NCBI GenBank assembly: GCA_946411515.1
Contig: CAMKEH010000001.1
Span: 21,013 to 85,012 of the forward strand
DNA length: 64,000 bases
Direction of reading: 5' to 3'
Origin: an uncultured Clostridium sp.
GTDB taxonomy: Bacteria; Bacillota; Clostridia; TANB77; CAG-508
Shown piece after piece: positions 1 to 8,876 of the stretch. The position numbers were made by a program, and so were the translations under genes. The notes below the pieces were generated by a model. The model was given only the letters and a program-made list of their open reading frames with translations, ran no database searches and was not told the DNA's origin. Every line of letters starts with the position of its first letter. The stretch's first letter is position 1.

Positions 1-478
1 AGTCTTTAGTAATTTTATATGTACTTTTTCTTTTATTTTATTTATTAATCTATCTATATATTCATTGATTTTTATCAATAAAGGTGTTAATATCCCCCAA
101 AAAGCTGAATATAGTAAACATATTCTTCCATTAATATTTAATATATATCCAGAATAATCCCACCATCTAATATTCATCACCATTTCTAATAGAAAACTTG
201 CAAGATATTCAGTTACAGCTCCTATAATAAATCCGCCTATAAAAAGAGTAAATTTATTTTTGCTGAAATATTTTGAGAATATTGTTATAATTACAGCTCC
301 CATTCCATATAATCCGTAAAAATGGTCCATATAAAAAACTTTGTCTAGATTCCCATACTCCTTTTGTTGCTATTCCAAATAATGTTTCAATTATATATCC
401 TATAATACTATATATAATAAAATATACAAGTAATTTCCATATGCTAATATCTAATATTGTTTGCTTTAATTTTTTCAC
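1..478 (-). CDS. Putative ABC-transporter permease family membrane protein (CmpB/DUF1113-like), runs off the left edge; +1 shift at CGG, extra C at 316
   Basis: ORF 254-478 ends GPFL-R. Skipping C316 gives GPFLGLYGMGAVII...WWDYSGYILNINGRICLLYSAFWG, the family motif. Confidence 0.8.
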
Positions 479-510
479 TTTTTCCTCCCAAAAATTGTTT
501 CATTTAAGTT

Positions 511-762
511 TTACAGTTCAAATATATTAGCTTTTAAAATCATTTTTGTAATTTTGGTTTTATTATTTAATGATATATCCCAAGAACTACCTACAATTGA
601 CTTCTTTATCTTAAATTCTTTAGTTGGTTCACCAAGTAATTTGTTTAATTGTTTTTGAAGAGAAACATCATTCGTATAGACTGACAAAATATTTTCGTTA
701 TATAAAATATTTATATTAGTTTCTATTTCTGATTTATTTAATTTTTTATATATTTTATCCAT
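511..762 (-). CDS. Hypothetical protein (83 aa)
   Basis: ORF track; purine-rich RBS-like sequence upstream; no recognisable motif. Confidence 0.6.
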   Translation of the reverse strand: MDKIYKKLNKSEIETNINILYNENILSVYTNDVSLQKQLNKLLGEPTKEFKIKKSIVGSSWDISLNNKTKITKMILKANIFEL

Positions 763-899
763 TATAACATTCCCTTCTTTTAGGATGCTATCTTTTGTAT
801 ATTAATTATAATTTGTCCTAATTATCATTTTATAAAAATAGAGTTATATAACTTTTTCGACAAGTTTATAACTCTATTAATTTAGTGTCATAAACAATT

Positions 900-1479
900 T
901 CATAATAAAATTGGGCTTATTTGTTCTCCACGGAGTGCATATTTTATCGTTTTTATAAGGTACTCAGAATCAAATACAATTGATCTTGGTTTAGTGATTG
1001 GATTATCTTGTCTAAAAGGTACAAAATAATAATTCTTTCGATTTAATAATTTTCCTATATTTTCTGCATTTCCACTTAATCCATTATTTGTAGATGGCGC
1101 AATAACTAAAGGACTTCCATTTCTTAAGTGAGACTTTGCTGCCATGACAGCTGGAGTATCTATAATATCACAAGCAAGTTTAGCCATAGTATTCCCGTGA
1201 ACATGGTGCTATTATCATAATATCTGTCATTTTTTTTGGTCCTATTGGTTCTGCATCCTGAATAGTGTGAATTACTTTATTTTTGGTGATTTCTTCTATT
1301 CTTATAATGAAATCTTTAGCTTTTCCAAACTTAGTATCTAAATTGTAACTATTAAATGACATTATTGGAATTACTTCTGCATCTTGCTTAATTAATTCTC
1401 TAATTTTAGGTATTACCTTTGTAAAAGTACAAAATGAACCTGTTAATACAAATCCTACTTTTATTCCTTCTAAATCCAA
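900..1479 (-). CDS. dpaB: Dipicolinate synthase subunit B (flavoprotein family); +1 shift at CGG, extra C at 1197
   Basis: GFVLTGSFCT N-terminus. TCA-C-GGG-AAT-ACT-ATG restores IIAPCSGNTMAKLA. C-terminal PFRQDNPITKPRS. Joined length 192 aa. Confidence 0.92.
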
Positions 1480-1572
1480 AATTCATCATTTCCTCCTTTC
1501 ATATTACATTTATATATAATATGAAATTATGTAAATTTTGGAGTTAGTTTTATAATTTAAATATTATAAATT

Positions 1573-2175
1573 TTATAATATAACTTTGCTCTCCTTGCTA
1601 TAAATATATCTTTTTTCTTTTCTTATTAATTTCTTTTTATTTGTATTTACTTGATGTATAGAAATTAAAATTAAAAAAATTAATAATACAACTAAAGTAA
1701 TCTTGTCTTTTATTGTATTTATTATTGAACCAAATCCATTTAATTTATACTTATATACCCCTTCAATTTTATCATATGTAACTTTATTTTTATCTGGATT
1801 TTTATTATTATCTCCTTTTGTAATATAATTTATAAGTCCTTTTTCTTTAGTAGTTTCTATAATTCTATGGGTATTCATATCTCCTTGATCATGAAATGAT
1901 ATAATATCATTTATTTTTATTTGATTTTCTGGAACTTCTTTTATAAAAATTGCATCTCCTGTCATAATTGTAGGTTCCATGCTTTTAGAAATTATTACAA
2001 AAGTTTTATACCCTAAAAAACTAGGAATACCATTTGGATTTATATATGATTGTATTAATATTACAAAATTAATAATAATTATAGGTATAATAACTAGGTA
2101 TATAAATATTGAAAAAATTTTCTGTATTAAGTACATTTTTTTACCTGTTTTTTCAAAATTTTTTATCTTGTACAA
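1573..2175 (-). CDS. Signal peptidase I, SipW/S26B type
   Basis: N-terminal TM, SKSMEPTIMTGD (catalytic Ser), THRI, TKGDNN, C-terminal TM. Confidence 0.88.
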   Translation of the reverse strand: MYKIKNFEKTGKKMYLIQKIFSIFIYLVIIPIIIINFVILIQSYINPNGIPSFLGYKTFVIISKSMEPTIMTGDAIFIKEVPENQIKINDIISFHDQGDMNTHRIIETTKEKGLINYITKGDNNKNPDKNKVTYDKIEGVYKYKLNGFGSIINTIKDKITLVVLLIFLILISIHQVNTNKKKLIRKEKRYIYSKESKVIL

Positions 2176-2328
2176 TTTACAATTAATCTCCTTTTTTAAT
2201 TATATTATTAAATATATCATATAGTTTAATTATTTTCAATACAAATTTTTTATAATGTAAATGTAATATTTTTTTATTATTTTTATTTACATTATTTTAT
2301 TTTTTAATTATAATATATGTAATGTTAT

Positions 2329-2739
2329 TTGGAGGTTAATATGGATAACGATATATTAATAATTTCAGAAAAAACACAAAAAGCTTATTTGCCATATAAA
2401 TATAAAGATTTAGAAAAAATTTTCAATAACTCTAACAACAAATATAATTCTATCATAGATGTAATAGATGATATATATATATTACCATTAAACAAATTTA
2501 AATATCCTGCATTTGCTAGATTTAGAGAAGCTTTTAAAATAATTAAATATAGAAGCCCAAAATATTCTTTTTTTAAAGCTTTAGATTTAAGTTTTGAATT
2601 AATGTTTAAATATGATTTAAATCCCATAATTATTGCCGCATGTAGAAATATAGATGAACTTGATATTTATTTAGATTGTTTGGAAGAAAAAGAATTAATT
2701 GGTTTTAAATGTTTTGAGATAAGAAATGAATTTAATTAA
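2329..2739 (+). CDS. Hypothetical protein (probable start ATG 2341 after GGAGG)
   Basis: ORF track; GGAGG at 2331-2335; downstream hairpin plus T-tract. Confidence 0.65.
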   Translation: MEVNMDNDILIISEKTQKAYLPYKYKDLEKIFNNSNNKYNSIIDVIDDIYILPLNKFKYPAFARFREAFKIIKYRSPKYSFFKALDLSFELMFKYDLNPIIIAACRNIDELDIYLDCLEEKELIGFKCFEIRNEFN

Positions 2740-2845
2740 AATTTTGGAAGGCCTTTATATATAGGTCTTTTTTTTAGAAAATTTTTTCTTAATAAATCCC
2801 TTATTTTTACATAAACTAATAAAAAATATATCAGAGGGTAATAAA

Positions 2846-3490
2846 ATGAATCAAATATTAGCTACAAAATTAGTTTTTTTTATAAAAAAGAAGAAAAAAT
2901 TTTATAAGGTTACTTTTTGTGTTTCTTTCTTTCTAGTATTAATATTTATCGGTTTTATAATATATAATTTAATTTCTATAAAACAATACGAAAAAATTTC
3001 AAATGAGTTAAGTAATAATTATAATATATATAAATTATATTCAAAATATTCTGAAGAAGAAATTAAAAATAAGTATGAAACTGAAAATGAAATATTTGGA
3101 ATAATTGAAATACCAAATATAAACATTAAATATCCTATATTTTCAAAACTAACTGACAAATTATTAAAAATTTCCCCTTGTAAATTTTATGGAAATTCTC
3201 CAAAAGAAGATGGTAATTTATGTATTGCTGGACATAATTATGACAATTCTAAATTTTTTAGTAATTTATCATTATTAGATATTAACGACAAAATATATAT
3301 ATACGATAATTTAAATAATAAATATGTTTATACTGTTTTCAAAATTTATGAAGTAAATGATTCGGATCTATCTCCCATTTTTGATTATAATAAATTTTCA
3401 AAAGAATTAACACTAATTACTTGTAATAATTTTAATCAAAATAGATTAGTTGTTAAATCAAGTCAAAATAAAAACCCAAATACTTACTGA
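2846..3490 (+). CDS. Sortase
   Basis: N-terminal TM anchor, IAGHNY (His), TLITC (Cys), downstream RLVV (Arg). Confidence 0.9.
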   Translation: MNQILATKLVFFIKKKKKFYKVTFCVSFFLVLIFIGFIIYNLISIKQYEKISNELSNNYNIYKLYSKYSEEEIKNKYETENEIFGIIEIPNINIKYPIFSKLTDKLLKISPCKFYGNSPKEDGNLCIAGHNYDNSKFFSNLSLLDINDKIYIYDNLNNKYVYTVFKIYEVNDSDLSPIFDYNKFSKELTLITCNNFNQNRLVVKSSQNKNPNTY

Positions 3491-3530
3491 AGATAAATAT
3501 TTGGGCTTTTGCTTTATTTTATACAATAAA

Positions 3531-3917
3531 TTAAATATTTTTATATTCTTTTATTTTTCTATATGCATATACTGCTGATATTCCAAATACAACAACTAAC
3601 ATTGCAACAGGTATTGAATCTTCGATTCCTGTTTTTGGTAAATCTGTATTACTATAAACACTAGAATTATTCTTATTAGTATTGTTTGTATTTGTATTTG
3701 TATTTTTATTAGTATTATTTGTATTAGTGTTAGTATTGCTTGTATTTGAATTTGTTGCATTAGTATTAGTATTATTTGTACTTGTATTATTTAATGTACT
3801 TGTTAAATCTGTAAAACCTGTATCATTTTCAGCTGCATTTACATTTGTTGTAAATAACATTACCATTGCACTTATTAATAAAATTGTAACTACTTTAATT
3901 AAATTTGTTTTTCTCAT
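3531..3917 (-). CDS. Small LPXTG cell-wall-anchored protein with Asn/Thr-rich body
   Basis: Signal peptide ending VNA-A, N/T low-complexity tract, LPKTG, hydrophobic helix, basic tail RKIKEYK. Confidence 0.88.
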   Translation of the reverse strand: MRKTNLIKVVTILLISAMVMLFTTNVNAAENDTGFTDLTSTLNNTSTNNTNTNATNSNTSNTNTNTNNTNKNTNTNTNNTNKNNSSVYSNTDLPKTGIEDSIPVAMLVVVFGISAVYAYRKIKEYKNI

Positions 3918-4102
3918 TTTTCTTATCTCCCCTAATCTTATATTTATTATTATTTATACAATCAATAATTATTATACTACTTTTTTAGTATAAAATCAAG
4001 TGATTTGTATAAAAAACAAATAAAATATGTATTTCTTTTGTTTTTCTAAATATATTTTAAACTTATTTTTTTTATAAGTCAATAGTTTTTTTGTATTTTT
4101 TT

Positions 4103-4130
4103 ATTACATTTTTGTTACATAAATATTACA
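4103..4130 (-). promoter_or_regulatory. Triple direct repeat TGTAAY-N5, 11-bp period (OmpR/WalR-type box candidate)
   Basis: Minus strand reads TGTAAT-attta-TGTAAC-aaaaa-TGTAAT, upstream of the LPXTG gene and overlapping the ychF stop. Confidence 0.45.
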
Positions 4131-5218
4131 CATTAAATTTAAATAGAACAATATCTCCATCTTGCATTATATATTCTTTACCTTCTGAGCGAACTAACCC
4201 CTTTTCTTTTGCAGCTACCATAGATCCTTCTTTAATTAAATCATCGTATGACACTACTTCTGCTTTTATAAATCCTCTTTCTATATCTGAATGTATTTTT
4301 CCTGCAGCCTGTGGAGCTTTTGTTCCTTTTTTTATTGTCCAAGCTCTTACTTCTGGTTCTCCTGCAGTTAAAAATGACATTAAACCTAATAAATCATAAC
4401 TTCTCTTTATAACTTTATCAAGGCCAGATTCTTTTAACCCTAAAGCTTCTAACATTTCTTTTTTATCAGAATCATCTAATCCGTGATAGTTCTTCTTCAA
4501 TTTTAACACATAAAGGAATGACTTCAGCTTTTTCTTTTGAAGCATATTCTTTTACTTTTAAAACCAATTCATCATTTTCAGTATTTTCTAATTGTTCTTC
4601 TGATATATTTGCAATATAAAGTATTGGTTTTGTAGTAAGTAAAAACATATCTTTAACCAGTTCTTGTTCTTCTTCATTATAATCTAAAGCTCTTGCTGAT
4701 ATCCCATTTTCTAAATTTTCTTTAATTTTTTCTAGTAAATCTATTTCTGCTTGATATTTTTTATCTGCTTTTAAATTTTTTCTTGCTTTATCTAATCTTT
4801 TATTTACTGTTTCTATATCTGCAAATATAAGTTCTAAATTAATTGTTTCTATATCTCTTATAGGGTCAACACTTCCATCAACATGTACAATATTTGAATC
4901 ATCAAAACATCTTACAACTTCACAAATAGCATCTGTTTCACGTATATGAGATAAGAATTTATTCCCTAATCCCTCTCCTTTACTTGCTCCTTTAACTAAT
5001 CCTGCAATATCTACAAATTCAATTACAGCATGAGTTGTTTTTTGAGGATTGTACATTTGGGTTAATTTATCTAATCTTTCATCTGGAACTGGAACAACTC
5101 CTACATTTGGTTCTATTGTGCAGAACGGGTAATTTGCACATTCTGCACCTGCTTTTGTTATACTATTAAACATTGTACTTTTACCTACATTTGGTAAACC
5201 TACTATTCCTAATTTCAT
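4126..5218 (-). CDS. ychF: Ribosome-binding ATPase YchF; +1 shift at CGG, extra C at 4483
   Basis: GIVGLPNVGKST, DIAGLVKGASKGEGLGNKFL. TCA-C-GGA restores IEEELSGLDDSDK. TGS domain ends DGDIVLFKFNV. Joined length 363 aa. Confidence 0.95.
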
Positions 5219-5242
5219 ACTCTTGTCCTTTCCTCTCCTATA

Positions 5243-7177
5243 CTATATTTTATTATTTATTTCATCTAAGATTTTATTTTTAAATTCTTCTGCACTTATA
5301 CTTCCTAAGTCTCCTTCTTTATACGAACGAACTGACACCGAATCTGAATCTACTTCTCTTTGTCCAACAACTAACATATAAGGAATTTTTGAAAGTTCAG
5401 CTTCACGAATTTTGTATCCTGTTTTTTCATTTCTTAAATCTACTTCAACTCTTATACCTTCTTTTAATAATTCATCTTTTAATTTATTAGCATATTCATG
5501 TTGATTATCTGTTATAGGTAAAATTCTTACTTGTTTTGGAGCAACCCATAATGGTAAAACTCCTTTTGTTTCTTCTAACAAGAATGATATAAATCTGTCA
5601 GATGAACCAAGTATTGCTCTATGAATTACAACTGGTCTATGTTCATTTCCATCTTCTCCTATATATGTTAATTCAAATCTTTCAGGAAGAGCAAAATCTA
5701 ATTGACATGTTGGAATTGTTACATCATGTCCTAAAGCAGTTTTAATCTGAATATCAATTTTTGGTCCATAGAACGCTGCTTCTCCTTCAGCTTCATAAAA
5801 TTCTATATTTAATTCTTTTAAAATTTCTCTTAGCTGGCTTTCTGCAGTCTCCCACATTTCATCATTATCAATATATTTTTCTTTATTGTTTTTATCTCTT
5901 AGAGATAATCTAAACTGAAATCTATCTCTTTCAAATCCAAAGTCATTCATATAAACTTCAAATATTAATTTTATTACTTTTCCAACTTCTTCTTTTATTT
6001 GATCAGGCCTAACAAATAAATGAGCATCATTTTGACACATTTGTCTAACTCTTTCTAATCCGCATACGGCTCCACTATTTTCATATCTAAAATCATGTGC
6101 AAGTTCACCAATTTTAATTGGTAAATCTCTATATGATCTTAATTCACTTTTATATATAAGCATATGATGAGGACAATTCATTGGTCTTAGTACCAATTCT
6201 TCATTATCCATTTTCATTATTGGGAACATATCATCTTTATAATGATCCCAGTGTCCACTTGTTTTATAAAGATCTGTTGTTGCTAAACTTGGTGTATATA
6301 CATGACTATATCCTAATTTTAATTCTTTATCTTGAATATATCTTTCTAATATTCTTCTTATTGTTGCTCCATCTGGCAAGTACATAGGGAGTCCTGCTCC
6401 TACTAATTTATGTGTCATAAATAGTTTTAAGTCTTTACCAATTTTTCTGTGATCTCTTAATTTTGCTTCTTCTAATTTTTGCATATATTCTTCTAATTCA
6501 GATGCTTTTGGAAAAGAAATTCCATAAATTCTTTGTAACATTTTATTTTTTTCGCTACCTCTCCAATATGCTCCTGAAGAAGAAAGTATTTTTACTACTT
6601 TTACTTTTCCTGTACTTTCTAAATGTGGTCCTGCACATAAGTCTGTGAAATCTCCTTGTTTATAAAAACTAATTTCTTCACCATCTGGTAATTCATTAAT
6701 TAATTCTTGTTTATATGGCTGATCTTTCATTAATTCTAATGCTTCTTGTTTTGGTAAAGAAAATCTTTCTATTCCAATATTTTCTCTTATTATTTTTTTC
6801 ATTTCTTGTTCAATATTTGCTTTATCTTCATCAGTAAATGGTTTTTCTACGTCAAAATCATAATAAAATCCATTATCAATTGATGGTCCTATTGCAAATT
6901 TTACGTCAGGAAATAATCTTTTTACAGCTTGAGCCATAATATGTGATGTTGTATGCCAATAAGCTTTCTTTCCTTCTAAATCTTCTTCTCTAAAAGTATG
7001 AATTACTAAGTTACAATCTTCTTGTAATTGGTATCTTATATCTCTTATTTTTCCGTCTATTTCGCCACAAGTTGCAACTCTTGCTAATCCTTCGCTTATT
7101 TGTTTTGCAACATCTAAGATATTTTTTCCTTTCTCTACTTCTAGAACATTTCCATCCTTTAAAGTAACTTTAATCAT
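5243..7177 (-). CDS. thrS: Threonyl-tRNA synthetase (true start ATG 7177)
   Basis: TGS N-terminus MIKVTLKDG, YWHTTSHIMAQA, LRPMNCPHH, EAAFYGPK, HRAILGS; GGAGG upstream of 7177. Confidence 0.97.
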   Translation of the reverse strand: MIKVTLKDGNVLEVEKGKNILDVAKQISEGLARVATCGEIDGKIRDIRYQLQEDCNLVIHTFREEDLEGKKAYWHTTSHIMAQAVKRLFPDVKFAIGPSIDNGFYYDFDVEKPFTDEDKANIEQEMKKIIRENIGIERFSLPKQEALELMKDQPYKQELINELPDGEEISFYKQGDFTDLCAGPHLESTGKVKVVKILSSSGAYWRGSEKNKMLQRIYGISFPKASELEEYMQKLEEAKLRDHRKIGKDLKLFMTHKLVGAGLPMYLPDGATIRRILERYIQDKELKLGYSHVYTPSLATTDLYKTSGHWDHYKDDMFPIMKMDNEELVLRPMNCPHHMLIYKSELRSYRDLPIKIGELAHDFRYENSGAVCGLERVRQMCQNDAHLFVRPDQIKEEVGKVIKLIFEVYMNDFGFERDRFQFRLSLRDKNNKEKYIDNDEMWETAESQLREILKELNIEFYEAEGEAAFYGPKIDIQIKTALGHDVTIPTCQLDFALPERFELTYIGEDGNEHRPVVIHRAILGSSDRFISFLLEETKGVLPLWVAPKQVRILPITDNQHEYANKLKDELLKEGIRVEVDLRNEKTGYKIREAELSKIPYMLVVGQREVDSDSVSVRSYKEGDLGSISAEEFKNKILDEINNKI

Positions 7178-7204
7178 AATAATTCCTCCTTCTTGTTCTT
7201 GGGT

Positions 7205-7440
7205 AATCAAAAAAACACCCAATGAACATTTTATTTTGTTCAAGGAGTGCTTAAAATAACACGGTTCCATCCTTAATTTTACTTAGTTTATAGGTTATAA
7301 CGTTACCTAACGTCTAGCTTATTCACTAGAAACTTTTGAAGAGGTAGTTTTTCAAATATGTTTTCTTTAAGTTAGCTCTCAGCCTATGACTAACTTTCTC
7401 TTTTTAAGTAACCTTTATTTTACTTTTTCTCTTACTAGTT
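7205..7440 (-). ncRNA. T-box riboswitch leader of thrS
   Basis: Minus strand has AGAGA and GCUGAGA stem I motifs, GAA followed by Thr codons ACU/ACC (7343-7348), T-box AAGGAUGGAACCGUG (7260-7274), then a hairpin plus U-tract terminator. Confidence 0.88.
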
Positions 7441-7459
7441 TTTATTTATTATAGTTAAT

Positions 7460-7488
7460 ATTTTACTCTCTTTTTTTAAAAAAGTCAA
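7460..7488 (-). promoter_or_regulatory. SigA-type promoter for T-box-thrS
   Basis: TTGACT-N17-TAAAAT on the minus strand. Confidence 0.65.
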
Positions 7489-7535
7489 CAAAAATATTTA
7501 CTTTTAATTATTGTTATTGTATAATTTCAAAAGAT

Positions 7536-7611
7536 GCTTCCATAGCTCAGTAGGTAGAGTGCAGCCTTGGTAAGGCTGAGGTCACGGGTTCAATTCCCGT
7601 TGGAAGCCCCA
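7536..7611 (+). tRNA. tRNA-Thr(GGU), CCA encoded
   Basis: Acceptor stem GCTTCCA/TGGAAGC, anticodon arm CAGCC-TTGGTAA-GGCTG, GGTTCAATTC T-loop; upstream TTTACT-N17-TATAAT. Confidence 0.97.
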
Positions 7612-7633
7612 TAATACATTTTAAGGAGTTCTT

Positions 7634-8104
7634 ATGAATAAGAATAAAAAAATTATTTTATTAATATTTTCTATAATATTTTTAATAGCAATTTCTATAT
7701 TTATATATTTTAAAATAAATATTGACATCCCAAATGATTTTAATTTTAAAATATATATTGATTATAATTCTGCGCCTTTTATGAGTGAAACTTATTATTT
7801 TTATAATAATACTATTATTGAAAAAGATTATAGTAGTGGTGTTCTTCCAAGCGGTCCTTCAACTTCAACAACAATTACTAAATATTATTTTATAGAAAAT
7901 ATAGATTTATCTGAATTAAAAAATTTTTTAAACACTCTTCCTAAAGATGATTCTGATTACCATTTAGTAGAAATAACTAAAAAAGATGGCACTATATATG
8001 CTGTCGATGATTCACATACTTCTAAATTTATACATAGTGAATTATGGTATGAAATTAAAAAAATTATGGATAAATCAATATTTCATACAGAATTTAAGTA
8101 TTAA
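7634..8104 (+). CDS. Hypothetical membrane-anchored/exported protein
   Basis: AAGGAG RBS, basic N-terminus plus hydrophobic helix. Confidence 0.7.
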   Translation: MNKNKKIILLIFSIIFLIAISIFIYFKINIDIPNDFNFKIYIDYNSAPFMSETYYFYNNTIIEKDYSSGVLPSGPSTSTTITKYYFIENIDLSELKNFLNTLPKDDSDYHLVEITKKDGTIYAVDDSHTSKFIHSELWYEIKKIMDKSIFHTEFKY

Positions 8105-8149
8105 TAAAAAACCTTAAGAATAGCTCGAGTATTCTCAAGGTTTTTATTT
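8103..8149. terminator. Bidirectional intrinsic terminator
   Basis: AATAAAAAACCTT...AAGGTTTTTTATT between convergent genes. Confidence 0.75.
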
Positions 8150-8793
8150 TAATTTTCTAACATATTCTTTGCTGCTTTTTTTCTAATTCTTTGTATTGCA
8201 TTATCTACAGACTTTATAGGAGAATCTAGCTTTTCTGCTATTGTAACATAACTTTCTCCTTTTAAATATCTATCTAAAACCTGTTTTTCAAATTTACTTA
8301 AGTTTTTATTTATTGCATTTTCTACTTCACTATAATATTCTTGCTTCATTATAGTTTCTAATGGATCTTCAACTGTTTTACTATTAAATGTATCAATTAA
8401 TTCTACGCTATCGTCTTCATTATTTTCATATGCAGCAGTATTTAAAGACAAATACGTATTTAATGGTATATGTTTTTGTCTATTAGAACTTTTTATTGCT
8501 GTAATCAATTGTCTTTCTATACAAATATTTGCAAAAGATTTAAAAGAATTTTGTTTCTTCTCATCAAAACTTTGAATCGCTTTAAACAATCCTATCATTC
8601 CTTCTTGCAGAATATCTTCCTTTTCTGCACCTATCATAAAATATTTGCTTACTTTTATATTTACAAGATTTTTGTATTTTTCAAGCATATAAGTTAGAGC
8701 TTCTTGGTCTCCAGCTTTTATTTGAGATACAATTTCTTCATCTTTTAAATTGCTATATTTGTCTGTTGTAAAAAATACATTTCCTTCATGCAT
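8149..8793 (-). CDS. sigH: RNA polymerase sigma-H factor
   Basis: DILQEGMIGLFKAI, SSNRQKHIPLNTYLSL, KSVDNAIQRIRKK. Confidence 0.93.
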   Translation of the reverse strand: MHEGNVFFTTDKYSNLKDEEIVSQIKAGDQEALTYMLEKYKNLVNIKVSKYFMIGAEKEDILQEGMIGLFKAIQSFDEKKQNSFKSFANICIERQLITAIKSSNRQKHIPLNTYLSLNTAAYENNEDDSVELIDTFNSKTVEDPLETIMKQEYYSEVENAINKNLSKFEKQVLDRYLKGESYVTIAEKLDSPIKSVDNAIQRIRKKAAKNMLEN

Positions 8794-8825
8794 CTGTCAA
8801 AATACCTCCAAAAGCGCTTTTTTGT

Positions 8826-8854
8826 ATTATATATGTCGAAAAAGCTAATGTCAA
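8826..8854 (-). promoter_or_regulatory. Consensus SigA promoter of sigH with a Spo0A box in the spacer
   Basis: TTGACA-N17-TATAAT on the minus strand; TGTCGAA at 8834-8840. Confidence 0.75.
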
Positions 8855-8876
8855 GTATATTTTCAATAAATAATAA

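Noticed and set aside
838-878. Spo0A box (856-862) downstream of dpaB
   Set aside because: It lies in the loop of a terminator-like hairpin; probably coincidental.
3660-3800. CRISPR-like or satellite repeat
   Set aside because: Degenerate coding low-complexity sequence (Asn/Thr), with no fixed repeat-spacer structure.
3682-3993. Hydrophobic Val/Leu/Phe-rich ORF on the plus strand
   Set aside because: Antisense shadow of the Asn/Thr codons of the LPXTG gene.
7178-7270. 31-aa N-terminal extension of ThrS in the ORF track
   Set aside because: It overlaps the T-box antiterminator and terminator; the RBS points to ATG 7177.
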